From: a virus
Reading direction: 5' to 3' (one strand)
Virus record (IMG/VR): IMGVR_UViG_3300009095_000016
Coordinates: 2,271 to 66,270 of that record
DNA length: 64,000 bases
Of this stretch, positions 53,400 to 63,234 are shown piece by piece. Position 1 is the stretch's first letter. Every line of letters begins with the position of its first letter. Below the pieces are notes generated by a model, which did not search any database, was not told the origin of the DNA, and worked only from the letters and a program-made list of their open reading frames with translations. Position numbers and translations under genes: made by a program.

Positions 53400-53582
53400 A
53401 TGGTGATCAGGCTTGACAACGGCGGAACCGTGACAGTCACGGAATCCGGGAGCGTTGAATACCGGCGGGACCGCGAAACGGCATGGATGCCGGGACGCGG
53501 TAGCTACGCGGAAACGGTCGAATGGCTGGAATCCGTGACGTCCGGTAATGCGGGAGTTCTGTTCACGTCGCGTAAGGCGTGA
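53400..53582 (+). CDS. 60-aa hypothetical early protein
   Basis: GGAAGGG RBS; first gene after the structured tract. Confidence 0.55.
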   Translation: MVIRLDNGGTVTVTESGSVEYRRDRETAWMPGRGSYAETVEWLESVTSGNAGVLFTSRKA

Positions 53583-53633
53583 ACTCTGTCTGACGTCGCA
53601 CCGTTCGGGATGCGACGCGGGAAAGGGGAGATC

Positions 53634-55565
53634 ATGGGAAACACGTTCGTTGCGCTGAACATTGACGGTGACGCGCGGTTCTACGGTTTGGGAGTGCGGG
53701 GAGTCGGTCACGTCGTGCTCATCCCGTCCGGAATGCACAGTGACCCGCTTGCGTGCGAGTCGGTCGAAAAGGCGTGCGATGGTAAGCCGCTGGACAGTGC
53801 GCGACTCGCCGAAAAGTTCACTGGTGACAAGCGGTGCGCGCGGTGCGTCAAGTGGCTTGAGTCGGACGGCGGTAAGAGCGATCTTGAGGCCGCGCGACAG
53901 GACAAGTGGGACGACGAAAACGGGCCCGGTCTCGCGTCCATCATGGGTGAGTTCACCTTGATCACGCTTGACGACGTCGTGAACGTCACGGCGGACGGGA
54001 GCGACGCGCGGGAGGAATCCGCCCCGGTCCCGGCGGCGGAAATCGTCAAGGATGCGGCGGCGGCGGGTGTCAAGGCTCCGGCCCGTAAGGGCGGGAAGCG
54101 CGGGAAGCGCAAGAATTCCGCCCCGGTCGCGACGGGTGACGTGTGTGCGTCGACCGGTCTCACGTTCGCAGCGATGCGGGACGCGGTCGCGACATACTAC
54201 GCGAACGGCGGGGAGGTTCCGGCGGAAATTGCGACGCTCCCGGACCCGTACGTCAAGCGTCCCGCGCCGGACATGGCGGGAGCGGTGAGCGGTCCGGTTC
54301 CGGCGGTGCTCCCGTGCGACTACGCCGGGCCGGTGTCCAAGCTGAACATGGAGCGGACGCACGGAAAGTGCCCGGGATGCTCCGCGTACATCCCGCTGCT
54401 GCCGGAGCGGGAATCCAAGGAATCCGGCCCGAAGGTTTCCAAGATCGCTTGCGCGGGTGTCGGGAGCGCTCCGGCGCCCGGGACGCGCGTGCGGCGCGAT
54501 GACCACTCCGTAAGCGTCCCGGACGACTTTCAAGGGAAGACGTCCGCCCCGTGCGGGACGTGCGCCCGGGTGATCGCTGTCTCTCGGGACGGGGTCATGC
54601 GTCGGCACAACGGCGTGGAAGTACCGGAGAGTGCGGGAGAGTGCCCGGACAAAATCGGTACGCACAACGTCGGAGGCGCTGCCACTCCCGCACACAAGGG
54701 CCTGACGTCGCGCATGATCGAAACGGTGGAACACGGGAGCACCCCCGGGGACACCGCGACGGCTGACAAGCGGCGCGCGACGGAATCCCGCTGCGCCCGG
54801 TCGCGCAAGGTGATGAGCGGCCGCAAGACTCCCGGGACGGTCGAATGCCCGACGTGCGCGCGGCCGGTCGAACTCAAGGCCGTACAGCGGAAAAAGGGCA
54901 CGGTCTACGTGATTCCGGAGCACATCCGCGCGGGTGAGTCGGTCAAGCACATCGGGGGCGGCGACGTCCGGGACGTCACGCCCCGGGGTGAGGGTGCGGA
55001 CGTCGGCGCGACCGTGACGCGCGGGAAGGTGTCGGCGCGGCTGGCACTGTCCCGGGGGCACGGTTCGGTGGACGGCGCGGCGAACACGGGTTCTCAGAAC
55101 ATGGCGCCCGTGCAGCCGCGCGGGTGGCTCGGTAAGGCGGGAACGGGACAGCTTCCCGCGACCGTGCGGCCTGGGATTGACCCGGAGGTGACCGGCCGCG
55201 AGTGCGTGGCGTGCGGGGAACTCCCGGAGATCGCGCACAAGGGCAAGTCGCGCGGGTGGCGTCGTCGTCACTCCACGATCGTCGGAACCATCCTGCGGGA
55301 GCGCAAGGCGAAGCGGGATGCGGAGCGCGCGGCTGCAATCGCGCGGGGCGAGATTGCGTCGGCGCAGGAAAAGCGGGAGGGCCGTAAGGCCGCTTCGGTC
55401 GGATCGTTCGCCGAAGGGACGTGCGCGGGCGTCGTCTCTCACGAGCCGCGCCCGGAGTTCGCCCCGAAGGGTGAGCGGCGCCCGGCGGGATGGAAGGCGG
55501 GGGAGATCACCCGGGAGACGGCGCGTAAGGCTCTGGACGGGGTCGCGCGCAAGGCTGGCAAGTAA
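53634..55565 (+). CDS. 643-aa protein with repeated Zn-ribbon motifs
   Basis: CARC, CPGC, CGTC...H, CPTC...H and CVAC, with a GAAAGGGGAG RBS. Confidence 0.75.
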   Translation: MGNTFVALNIDGDARFYGLGVRGVGHVVLIPSGMHSDPLACESVEKACDGKPLDSARLAEKFTGDKRCARCVKWLESDGGKSDLEAARQDKWDDENGPGLASIMGEFTLITLDDVVNVTADGSDAREESAPVPAAEIVKDAAAAGVKAPARKGGKRGKRKNSAPVATGDVCASTGLTFAAMRDAVATYYANGGEVPAEIATLPDPYVKRPAPDMAGAVSGPVPAVLPCDYAGPVSKLNMERTHGKCPGCSAYIPLLPERESKESGPKVSKIACAGVGSAPAPGTRVRRDDHSVSVPDDFQGKTSAPCGTCARVIAVSRDGVMRRHNGVEVPESAGECPDKIGTHNVGGAATPAHKGLTSRMIETVEHGSTPGDTATADKRRATESRCARSRKVMSGRKTPGTVECPTCARPVELKAVQRKKGTVYVIPEHIRAGESVKHIGGGDVRDVTPRGEGADVGATVTRGKVSARLALSRGHGSVDGAANTGSQNMAPVQPRGWLGKAGTGQLPATVRPGIDPEVTGRECVACGELPEIAHKGKSRGWRRRHSTIVGTILRERKAKRDAERAAAIARGEIASAQEKREGRKAASVGSFAEGTCAGVVSHEPRPEFAPKGERRPAGWKAGEITRETARKALDGVARKAGK

Positions 55566-55630
55566 TCACACTCGGCAGGATCACGGGCCCCGGGAATCAC
55601 CGGGGCCCATCGGAAAGGGGAACACGGGAC

Positions 55631-56284
55631 ATGAGCACGATCACGGTTGCGCAGGACATCGAGCACGCGCGGGAGCGGCTGACGCTGCCGTTCGAATCGC
55701 TCCGGCAGGACATGACGGCGCACTTCTGGGAGGCGTTCGGCGCGGCGGCGGCCCGGTACCGGGCGGCCCGTTCGGAGGGTCCGGCGGCCCGGGAATTCGC
55801 GGGCATCGTGCGGGAGCTGGAGCGGGACGCGGCAGGAACCGCGAATGACCCGAAGTTGCGGCGCGGTGCGGACGTCCCGGAGGAATACCCGCTCCCGGCG
55901 GTGGGGCGTCAGCCGTGGGCCACGATGCCGACCGACGGGAGCGGGCGGCCCACGGTTACGGAACGCGTGGTGTACGTCCTTACGGGCGCGGCGGTGGCGG
56001 CGGTGCTGCTGATCCTGGGATTCCTGATCAGCGGGCACGGGGATGCGCGGGAAGTCCCGGCGGCGCCGCTCGCGGTGACGGGTGCCCCGGCGGGTGTCGG
56101 TGAGCCGGACCGGGACGCGGCGCGGGAACTGATCATCGAGGGGGCGTGGCTGTCATGGCAGGCGTACACAGAGTGCGGGGAGGGTCCGGCGCAGTGTGAC
56201 GCGGTGCTGCGGGAGGTGAACGCGAACCCGTACGGCGTCCACTTCTTCGAGGACGGGAGCGCGGTCGACCCCGCGCGCAACTGA
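55631..56284 (+). CDS. single-pass membrane protein
   Basis: TM helix VVYVLTGAAVAAVLLILGFLI. Confidence 0.65.
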   Translation: MSTITVAQDIEHARERLTLPFESLRQDMTAHFWEAFGAAAARYRAARSEGPAAREFAGIVRELERDAAGTANDPKLRRGADVPEEYPLPAVGRQPWATMPTDGSGRPTVTERVVYVLTGAAVAAVLLILGFLISGHGDAREVPAAPLAVTGAPAGVGEPDRDAARELIIEGAWLSWQAYTECGEGPAQCDAVLREVNANPYGVHFFEDGSAVDPARN

Positions 56285-56383
56285 TCACGGCCGTGCGGTC
56301 CGGTCGGGCTCCGGGGTGACCCGGGGTCCCGGCCGAATCGTCCGGGAGTGAGGGGCGAGACATCGGAAGGGAAGGAAACGATC

Positions 56384-56782
56384 ATGAGCGTGACGCTGGT
56401 CAAGCCGTCGGACACTGCGGGAGTGGAGATCAACCCGGGTGTGGGCATGAACTCCGGCACGGGAGCGGTTCAGTTCATCGGCGACATGCCCGCGCGCAAG
56501 GTGAACGGCCCGCTGATCCTGGTGGCCGGGATGCGCGTGCGCCTGCCGGAATCGGTCAAGATCGCCGGTCCGGCGGTCGTGCGCGCGGTCGCGGTGGTCA
56601 TCGAGCGGGACGGATTCCGGGACGCGGCGGAGACCGTGCCCACCTTCCGGGGCGTGGTCATCACGGCGGACGGGGACGAGTACGCGACCGGCCCGCGCGG
56701 TGACATGGAGTCCGTGCGCCTGGCGTGGCTGCGCCTGGCGGTGGAGTCGGGGACGTTCCAGCGCGTTGCCCGGATGCGCTAA
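56384..56782 (+). CDS. hypothetical early protein
   Basis: Extended RBS CGGAAGGGAAGG. Confidence 0.65.
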   Translation: MSVTLVKPSDTAGVEINPGVGMNSGTGAVQFIGDMPARKVNGPLILVAGMRVRLPESVKIAGPAVVRAVAVVIERDGFRDAAETVPTFRGVVITADGDEYATGPRGDMESVRLAWLRLAVESGTFQRVARMR

Positions 56783-56830
56783 CATCCGGTGACCTAGGCC
56801 AGACAGGAAGAACGGGAAGGGAGACGGGAC

Positions 56831-57214
56831 ATGCAGGAATCCATGACGCGCGGGGTGTGGTGGGACACGGCGGCGCCGTACGGGCCGAACGGCTACCAGT
56901 ACGGACGCGGGGAGGACGTCACCGGCCACACGGTCGCGCGGGAGATCACGTTCGACATGATGCCGGGTGACCCGAACTGCATCGCGCGGGGCGTGGCGGA
57001 GATGACCGACGGGAGGGTCTACACCTTCACGGTCCTGAAGCCCGGCCACGCGACCACGCGCGACCACGACGGGCGCCCGCGCCCGCGCCTGGCGACCCTG
57101 TCGCGTCAGACGTTCCATGAGGCGGCGCGCGGGATCGTCGAATGGGAGTTGGCCGGGCACCGGCTCACCCCTGAGTCCGCGCGGGCCTACGGGGAGCAGA
57201 TCAGCGCGCTCTGA
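56831..57214 (+). CDS. hypothetical early protein
   Basis: Extended RBS GGGAAGGGAG. Confidence 0.65.
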   Translation: MQESMTRGVWWDTAAPYGPNGYQYGRGEDVTGHTVAREITFDMMPGDPNCIARGVAEMTDGRVYTFTVLKPGHATTRDHDGRPRPRLATLSRQTFHEAARGIVEWELAGHRLTPESARAYGEQISAL

Positions 57215-57340
57215 CGTCGGGGAGACGCCCTAGGCGAACCGGGTCCCACGGGGTCCGGTTCGCCGGGAGTGCCGCCCGGCACTGCGGGATCCGGTCACGG
57301 ACGGACCGGTGCCCATTGGTTCGGAAAGAGGGAAGATCAC

Positions 57341-57751
57341 ATGCGTAAGCCCATCGTCACCATCCTGGCCGGTTTCGTCGCGCTGTTCGCGTTCTCCGCT
57401 CCGGCGGACGCGGCCCCGGCGGGCGGGAAGCGTCCGGCGGTCCGGTCGGTCTGCGAGACCGGATACCGGGGGATGCCCGCGTACGACCGGCTGTGCCTGA
57501 CGCGCGGGACCGTGCTGGACGGCGTGAACCTGTGGTTCCGCTACGTCGACACCGGCAAGGTCATCCCCGCGCGGGAGCGTCGCGCGCTGTGCCTGGACGC
57601 CACGGCCACGGGTCACACCCGCGCCGGGATCATCGACGCGCTGAACGACGTGGCGTATGACCACTTCCGGAACTACCGGCTCGTCCTGTCGGTGGCCGGG
57701 ACGGTCGGCGTGATGGACTGCAAGGCCATGGGGGTCAAGATCAAGAAGTAG
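57341..57751 (+). CDS. secreted protein (signal peptide)
   Basis: MRKPIVTILAGFVALFAFSAPADA|A, with several Cys. Confidence 0.7.
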   Translation: MRKPIVTILAGFVALFAFSAPADAAPAGGKRPAVRSVCETGYRGMPAYDRLCLTRGTVLDGVNLWFRYVDTGKVIPARERRALCLDATATGHTRAGIIDALNDVAYDHFRNYRLVLSVAGTVGVMDCKAMGVKIKK

Positions 57752-57843
57752 TCCGGGACCGGCGGACGGGAGCGCCCCGGAAGGGGGCCGGGGCGTTCCA
57801 GCCTGTCTATCGCGGATGGACACGAGGAGAGGGAGAAACGATC

Positions 57844-58161
57844 ATGGCGAAACTTTCTGCGGCCGGGCGTCTTGTGCTGTTCCTGGTCGACAGCCCGCAC
57901 GCACGTGTCAGCTACTCGCTGGGCGGCGGGTTCAGCCCGTCCGTCATCGCGTCCATGGAGCGGGGGCACGGTACGAAGTCCAACCCGCGCGCCGACGTGG
58001 TGCTGAAGCTGATCGACGTGGGCGCGCTGGAGGGGGCGGAGTTCGAAGACCTGCGGCTGACGAACCGGGGCCGTACGGTCCTGGCCGAGCAGCGGGCGCG
58101 CGGGTGGGAGCTGGTCACGGAGACCGGCCGCAAGCCGCGCATGGAGCAGCGCAAGGGGTGA
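57844..58161 (+). CDS. hypothetical early protein
   Basis: GAGGAGAGGGAG RBS. Confidence 0.65.
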   Translation: MAKLSAAGRLVLFLVDSPHARVSYSLGGGFSPSVIASMERGHGTKSNPRADVVLKLIDVGALEGAEFEDLRLTNRGRTVLAEQRARGWELVTETGRKPRMEQRKG

Positions 58162-58245
58162 CCGGCTGACGGGAGCGCCCGGGGTGTGCCGCCCCGGGCG
58201 CTGACGCCAACCTGTCACGGACGGAAACGACGGAAGGGAGAAACG

Positions 58246-58605
58246 GTGAGCACCAACAATCTGACGATCGTCTCGCAGCTCCGCTGTTCGGAGTGCGGGG
58301 AGCCGATCCGGCTCGCGGAGGTCACGAAGCGCTACGGGTTCCCGGAGTACCGGTTTGAGCACATCGGGGAGCCGTGCCGCCGGTACTACGGGAAGGATCC
58401 GGCGGAACACGAGGGGTTCCCGGTGAGCAACCCGGACCCCGTGCGGCGGTGCGCCGCGTGCTGGCCGTACGAGACGCGCACGGAGGTCGGGGAGGCGCCT
58501 GGCGACGACGGGCGCGGGATCGTCACCATGCGTCAGGAGGCGTACGGGGACAGCACGACGTGCGCCACGTGCACGCGGTCCAACTGGTACTCGATCGGCG
58601 ACTGA
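58246..58605 (+). CDS. Zn-binding hypothetical protein
   Basis: CSECG...H...C, CAAC and CATC. Confidence 0.65.
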   Translation: MSTNNLTIVSQLRCSECGEPIRLAEVTKRYGFPEYRFEHIGEPCRRYYGKDPAEHEGFPVSNPDPVRRCAACWPYETRTEVGEAPGDDGRGIVTMRQEAYGDSTTCATCTRSNWYSIGD

Positions 58606-58701
58606 ACCGGCGACGTTCGGGGGCGCTCCGTGGGGGCGGAGCGTGCCCCGTGTGTTTCCGGCAAGCGGGAACGGGCGGAAGGGAGTACGGAAGTGGATCT
58701 C

Positions 58702-59049
58702 ATGCAGATCGCGGGTCACCTGTCGCTGGAGTTCGGGGCGGTCGTGACGGGTCCGTTCAAGGGTGAGCGTCAGGACTCGGTTCAGGTCATGCGGCCGGAC
58801 GGGTACGGCGTCATGCTGATGATGGGCCCCGGGAAGGCGCTCGCCGTGGAGTCCCGGCCGGGCGGCCTGGACGTCTGGCAGATCCGGGAGACGGACGACC
58901 CGGACGTGATCGACATCTCGAACACGCGCGACATGATCCGGTACGACACGGACCTGAACGGCGCGCGGGAGGCGCTGCGGGAGACGGGCCCGGCGGTGTG
59001 GGTCAAAAAGGACACGCCGCCCGCGCGCTGCGAGACCTGCGGGAAGTAA
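58702..59049 (+). CDS. hypothetical early protein
   Basis: Extended RBS; C-terminal CETC. Confidence 0.6.
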   Translation: MQIAGHLSLEFGAVVTGPFKGERQDSVQVMRPDGYGVMLMMGPGKALAVESRPGGLDVWQIRETDDPDVIDISNTRDMIRYDTDLNGAREALRETGPAVWVKKDTPPARCETCGK

Positions 59050-59162
59050 CGAACGGGTCACGATGTAGGCGGACGGGAGCGCCCGGGTTCTCCGGGCGTT
59101 CCAGCCGGTCTATGATCGGGCAACGGCCTAGGCCGAACGGGAACACGGAGAAGGAGAAGATC

Positions 59163-59561
59163 ATGGGTGAGACGGTCAAGCTGAACGCGAAGGTCACGAC
59201 GTGGCGCGACGGCAAGGTGCTCCGTGACGCGCGGTGGGAGGCGTACGCGGCGGTCCTGAAGGACGGCAAGCCGTTCGAGACGTCCGGCCACCTGAGCGGG
59301 CGCCCGGGGTCGGCGGGATCCCGTCCGTCGGAGGTCGGCCGACTCGCGCGGGAGTGGCACGCGGAAGCGGCCCGGTCCACCTACGTGGTGTTCAGCTACG
59401 AGACGCCGATCGCCTGGCGCAACGCTGACGACACGTGGACGATCCCGGCGCGCGGGACGCTCGGTTTCGACGCCGAGTCGCAGACGACCGTGACCGGCAT
59501 GAACAAGATCCGCACGGCGGTCGCGTCGTTCAGCACGTACCGCGAGACGCCGCAGGACTGA
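59163..59561 (+). CDS. hypothetical early protein
   Basis: GGAGAAGGAG RBS. Confidence 0.65.
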   Translation: MGETVKLNAKVTTWRDGKVLRDARWEAYAAVLKDGKPFETSGHLSGRPGSAGSRPSEVGRLAREWHAEAARSTYVVFSYETPIAWRNADDTWTIPARGTLGFDAESQTTVTGMNKIRTAVASFSTYRETPQD

Positions 59562-59647
59562 CACACGGGCGCACGGCCGCGTTCGGGAGTGCCGGGAGGG
59601 GGCCCGGCATTCCAGTGCACGACCGGACGACGGAAAGAGGGAAGAGC

Positions 59648-59983
59648 ATGGCGACGTATCACTACCTGAAGCCCGGGGAAGCGCTCGCACTGGCGAGTGA
59701 CCACGCGCGGGACTTCGAGAAGATCATCGGCCTGCGCGGGATGGACGCCGAGAACATCCGGCCCCGGATCGAGCGGACGCGGGCCGGGTACATGCACCCG
59801 CCGTTCGACACGTGGCGCGCGTACGGGAGCCGCGACAAGATGCGGGAGATCGTTTCCGTGGAGCGCACGGGCGGCGACGCGGACCCCGGGACGATCACGG
59901 TCACGTTCAAGAACGACGACGGCACCACGGAAGAGACCTATCTTCACCGGGTCGACCTGCTGTGTGTCGAGCGGCCCGTCTGA
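59648..59983 (+). CDS. hypothetical early protein
   Basis: CGGAAAGAGGGAAGA RBS. Confidence 0.65.
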   Translation: MATYHYLKPGEALALASDHARDFEKIIGLRGMDAENIRPRIERTRAGYMHPPFDTWRAYGSRDKMREIVSVERTGGDADPGTITVTFKNDDGTTEETYLHRVDLLCVERPV

Positions 59984-60058
59984 GCGGTGACGTTCGGGAC
60001 TGCCCGGAAGGGGGCCGGGCGGTCCAGTGCATTACCGACGGAAGGGAGAACGGAAATA

Positions 60059-60496
60059 ATGGACACGACGCGACAGAAGATCGACGACATCAAGCGCGGT
60101 TCGCTGCTCCAGACGGCGGGCGGTTTCGTGATCGCCGACCTGGACGGCTGGACGCCGGGGAGCCGTGACGGGCGGGTGCCGCAGGAACAGTTCCTGTACG
60201 ACACGGACGGGAACCGGCACTTCCCCGGGGCGGACGGGACGCTGACGGTCGGCGTGGCCACGTTCCGCACGCAGGAGTACGGCAAGGTGCCCGGGAGGGA
60301 CACGCAGGGTCACGCGCTGCTCAACCACGTGCCCGGCAAGCCTCCGGCCGGTCTGTGCCCGGCGTCCCGGAACCTGGGCAACTCCCTGTCGGTCTGGTCG
60401 TCGGGGACGGCGCTCACGGGCGTGACGTGCCGGGCGTGCCGGAAGATGATCGGTCTCGTGAACACGGGAGCGCCGCGCCGGAGCAACGGGATCTGA
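60059..60496 (+). CDS. hypothetical early protein with C-terminal H...C...VTC..C
   Basis: CGGAAGGGAGAA RBS. Confidence 0.6.
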   Translation: MDTTRQKIDDIKRGSLLQTAGGFVIADLDGWTPGSRDGRVPQEQFLYDTDGNRHFPGADGTLTVGVATFRTQEYGKVPGRDTQGHALLNHVPGKPPAGLCPASRNLGNSLSVWSSGTALTGVTCRACRKMIGLVNTGAPRRSNGI

Positions 60497-60498
60497 TC

Positions 60499-60780
60499 AT
60501 GCGACTGATCGCCGTTGACCCGTGGGACTGCGGGTGCACGGAGTGCATCACGGGTGAGTACGTGCCCCTGCGGTTCGCCACGGACGAGCAGGTGGCCGAC
60601 CTGATCATGGGGAGGCTGCGCAACAACCTGAACTCCGGTACCCAACTGGAGATCCACACCACGTACGCGACGGAGGGCGGGAAGCTGGTCCTTCACGACG
60701 TCACCGTGACGTACGAGCACCACGACGGGCAGACGCGGGAGTGGTCGCCGGACCCGTACCGGATGGGTCTCGCCGCGTAG
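60499..60780 (+). CDS. hypothetical protein with DCGCTEC motif
   Basis: DCGCTECITGEYVPL; starts 2 nt after the upstream stop. Confidence 0.65.
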   Translation: MRLIAVDPWDCGCTECITGEYVPLRFATDEQVADLIMGRLRNNLNSGTQLEIHTTYATEGGKLVLHDVTVTYEHHDGQTREWSPDPYRMGLAA

Positions 60781-60844
60781 CACTGCACGGAAACGACGGA
60801 CGGACGCCGGGCCCACAACGGGCCCGGCCGGAAGGGAGAACACG

Positions 60845-61468
60845 ATGGGTCGCACGGTTGAGGAATTCCACGGTCTGCTGGCCGACCTGCTGATCAACGC
60901 GCGCCGGAAGCACGACGGGCGCCCCGGTCCGGGAGAGCCCGGCTACCTGGGGCAGGAGTCGCAGGACGCGGTGACCATGTGGCGTCACATGGCGCACATG
61001 GCGCACAGCTACGCGAACGGCGCCGACGTGCGCGGGGCCCGGCCGACGTGGTCGGACCTGTGGGAGGACGGCATGGACCGGGAGAAGTTCCTGGCCCTGA
61101 TCACGGAGCGGTCCCGGATCCTGCGCGCGGTGAAGCGCGGGGGCGACATGGACACGACGCTCATGGACGACTCCGTGCGGTACTGGGAATTCACCCTGGC
61201 CCTGTCCACGGTCACGGACGACGAGCACGCCGAGTCGGCCCGGCGGACGGGCAACCGGGAGGTCGCGCACCGGATCATGCTGGAGACGGAGATTGACCTG
61301 GCCCTGATCCGGGCGTACACGGACGTCGACATTGCGACCCTGCGCCGCACGCTTCGGGAGTGCAAGGGTGAGCGTCCCGTCTGGCCGGGCGTGGACGCCA
61401 ACGGCAACCGGAAGTGGGAGCCGCATCCGCTGTTCGACCTGATCACGGCCAACCGGCCGACGGTCTGA
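60845..61468 (+). CDS. hypothetical early protein
   Basis: CGGAAGGGAGAA RBS; 207 aa. Confidence 0.7.
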   Translation: MGRTVEEFHGLLADLLINARRKHDGRPGPGEPGYLGQESQDAVTMWRHMAHMAHSYANGADVRGARPTWSDLWEDGMDREKFLALITERSRILRAVKRGGDMDTTLMDDSVRYWEFTLALSTVTDDEHAESARRTGNREVAHRIMLETEIDLALIRAYTDVDIATLRRTLRECKGERPVWPGVDANGNRKWEPHPLFDLITANRPTV

Positions 61469-61554
61469 CGTCACGGGGCGCCGCTGTTCGGGCGGGCGCG
61501 GGGCCACGGCTCCGCTCTCGTCCGTGTGGTGACGGTCCACGGGAAGGGGAAACG

Positions 61555-61863
61555 ATGCGGGCGACGACGACGGACAACGTACGGGAGCACTTCCGGCCGG
61601 GCGACGAGATCGCGAACGGCCGGGCGGAGGTGGGCGCCGTATTCAAGGTGATGCACTCGGGCTACGGGTTCGCCGGGGTGCTGCTGACGCAGCGGCCCGG
61701 GAGGAACGGACGCACGATGCGCTACGTCGTGTGGGTGGTGAGCGCCGAGGGACGGGTGCGCGCCACGATGACGACGGACGACTTCCCGGCGGCGAATGCG
61801 GCGTTCACGGCGCGCATCGTCGAGGCGGCGCGGGAGAGCGGCATGGGAGAGGTGACGGCATGA
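61555..61863 (+). CDS. hypothetical early protein
   Basis: GGGAAGGGGA RBS. Confidence 0.6.
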   Translation: MRATTTDNVREHFRPGDEIANGRAEVGAVFKVMHSGYGFAGVLLTQRPGRNGRTMRYVVWVVSAEGRVRATMTTDDFPAANAAFTARIVEAARESGMGEVTA

Positions 61864-62480
61864 CGGAGAAGCTGGACGAGATGATGAGCCTGGACGGGAC
61901 GGTCGTTCAGGTGCTGCCTGGTGGGACGTTCCGGCGCTTCCCCGGGAGCGTCTACGAACCGGAGTTCCAGATGGGGACGGACGACGACGGGCAGATCCTC
62001 AAGGTGCACGACGCGGCGATGATCGAGGAGATCGCCGGACAGGGGTGGACCGTCGAGACGGGATGGTCCGGTCAGTACAGCTACAGCGGCCCGGTCATGC
62101 ACGAATCGGAGTACATCGGCGGATCCCTTGCCGACCACATCCTTTCGACGCCGGGCCTGTGGTGCGCGCTCCCGGTCTACGTCGACTCGGAGGAGTGCCC
62201 CAACGGGTCCGACACCTGCAAGCTGTCGGACCCGTGCGTGATCTGCCACGACGGGACGGGGCGAGACCGTGAGCAGCACTGCGCCGGATGGGTCGTCATG
62301 CGGAAGGACCGCCCGGCCCCGAAGCACGTGGAGATGATCCCGGAGCGCCACAACAAGCTGCGCGGGACGGTGAGCGGCCCGGGTGACGCGGAGCTGTTCC
62401 CCGTCGACTGGCAGGACGGGACGCACAGTGTCGAGCAGTACGCCACGGAGGGCCGGGAGTGGCGGGAGATCTTCGCATGA
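61860..62480 (+). CDS. hypothetical protein
   Basis: ATGA coupling; SGQY.Y.GP.MH.SE.IGG motif. Confidence 0.7.
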   Translation: MTEKLDEMMSLDGTVVQVLPGGTFRRFPGSVYEPEFQMGTDDDGQILKVHDAAMIEEIAGQGWTVETGWSGQYSYSGPVMHESEYIGGSLADHILSTPGLWCALPVYVDSEECPNGSDTCKLSDPCVICHDGTGRDREQHCAGWVVMRKDRPAPKHVEMIPERHNKLRGTVSGPGDAELFPVDWQDGTHSVEQYATEGREWREIFA

Positions 62481-62695
62481 TCATCTGGACGTACCGGGTG
62501 GCGCCGACCGCCACGGAGCCGGAGAAGGTCAAGGCCGTGATCACGGAGGGTGGAGCGGGAGAGTTCAGCCGCCCCCGTCACGTCCTCCCGGCTGACGACA
62601 TGGAAGCGCACGCGGAGGTCGCGCGGGAGCTGGCCGACCGGCCCGCCGTGCAGGTGATCCACGAGCGCCTGATGGGCTACAACTTCCGGGCCTGA
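62477..62695 (+). CDS. hypothetical protein
   Basis: ATGA coupling. Confidence 0.55.
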   Translation: MIIWTYRVAPTATEPEKVKAVITEGGAGEFSRPRHVLPADDMEAHAEVARELADRPAVQVIHERLMGYNFRA

Positions 62696-62727
62696 ACGGG
62701 CCCGGCAACGAGGGAGAGGAACACAGC

Positions 62728-63000
62728 ATGATGCAGGAGAAGCCGCGAGAGATCATCGTCCGGGGCACGGAGGTAGGTCCGGCGGGGAGCGAGTCGCGGG
62801 GCCTGGCGGCCCGGGACACGCGCACGGGTGCCACCCTGGCGCTCCCCATGCCGATCAAGCGCAACGGGAACCCGGTCGAGGGGCGGGAGGCGACGGAGCA
62901 CGTCGCCGGTCTGCTGCTGCTGGCGCAGGGCACGGGGCGGCGGCCGGTGTGGGACCGGGGGACCCCCGACCGGGACGTCTTCCTGGTGTTCGACGCGTGA
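62728..63000 (+). CDS. hypothetical protein
   Basis: GAGGGAGAGG RBS. Confidence 0.6.
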   Translation: MMQEKPREIIVRGTEVGPAGSESRGLAARDTRTGATLALPMPIKRNGNPVEGREATEHVAGLLLLAQGTGRRPVWDRGTPDRDVFLVFDA

Positions 63001-63125
63001 TCGGTTACGTCGTCGCCGGTCTCGTTCTGGTGGGCGGTGCCGTGACCTTGCGGCACCAGTGGAAGGCGGTGCGCCGGTCGGCACGGGAGGTCCGGGAAGC
63101 CTACCGGCGCACGTTCGGCGCCTGA
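62997..63125 (+). CDS. 42-aa membrane protein
   Basis: GTGA coupling; TM helix with a basic tail. Confidence 0.5.
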   Translation: MIGYVVAGLVLVGGAVTLRHQWKAVRRSAREVREAYRRTFGA

Positions 63126-63234
63126 TCTGAGGCATTCGGGAGGATTCGGAAGGCGCTTCCGGGCGCGTTCCGAATCTTCCAGTGTGTTCCTGATCGGACG
63201 AATGGTCATGAACCAGACGGAAGGGAGATCAAGG

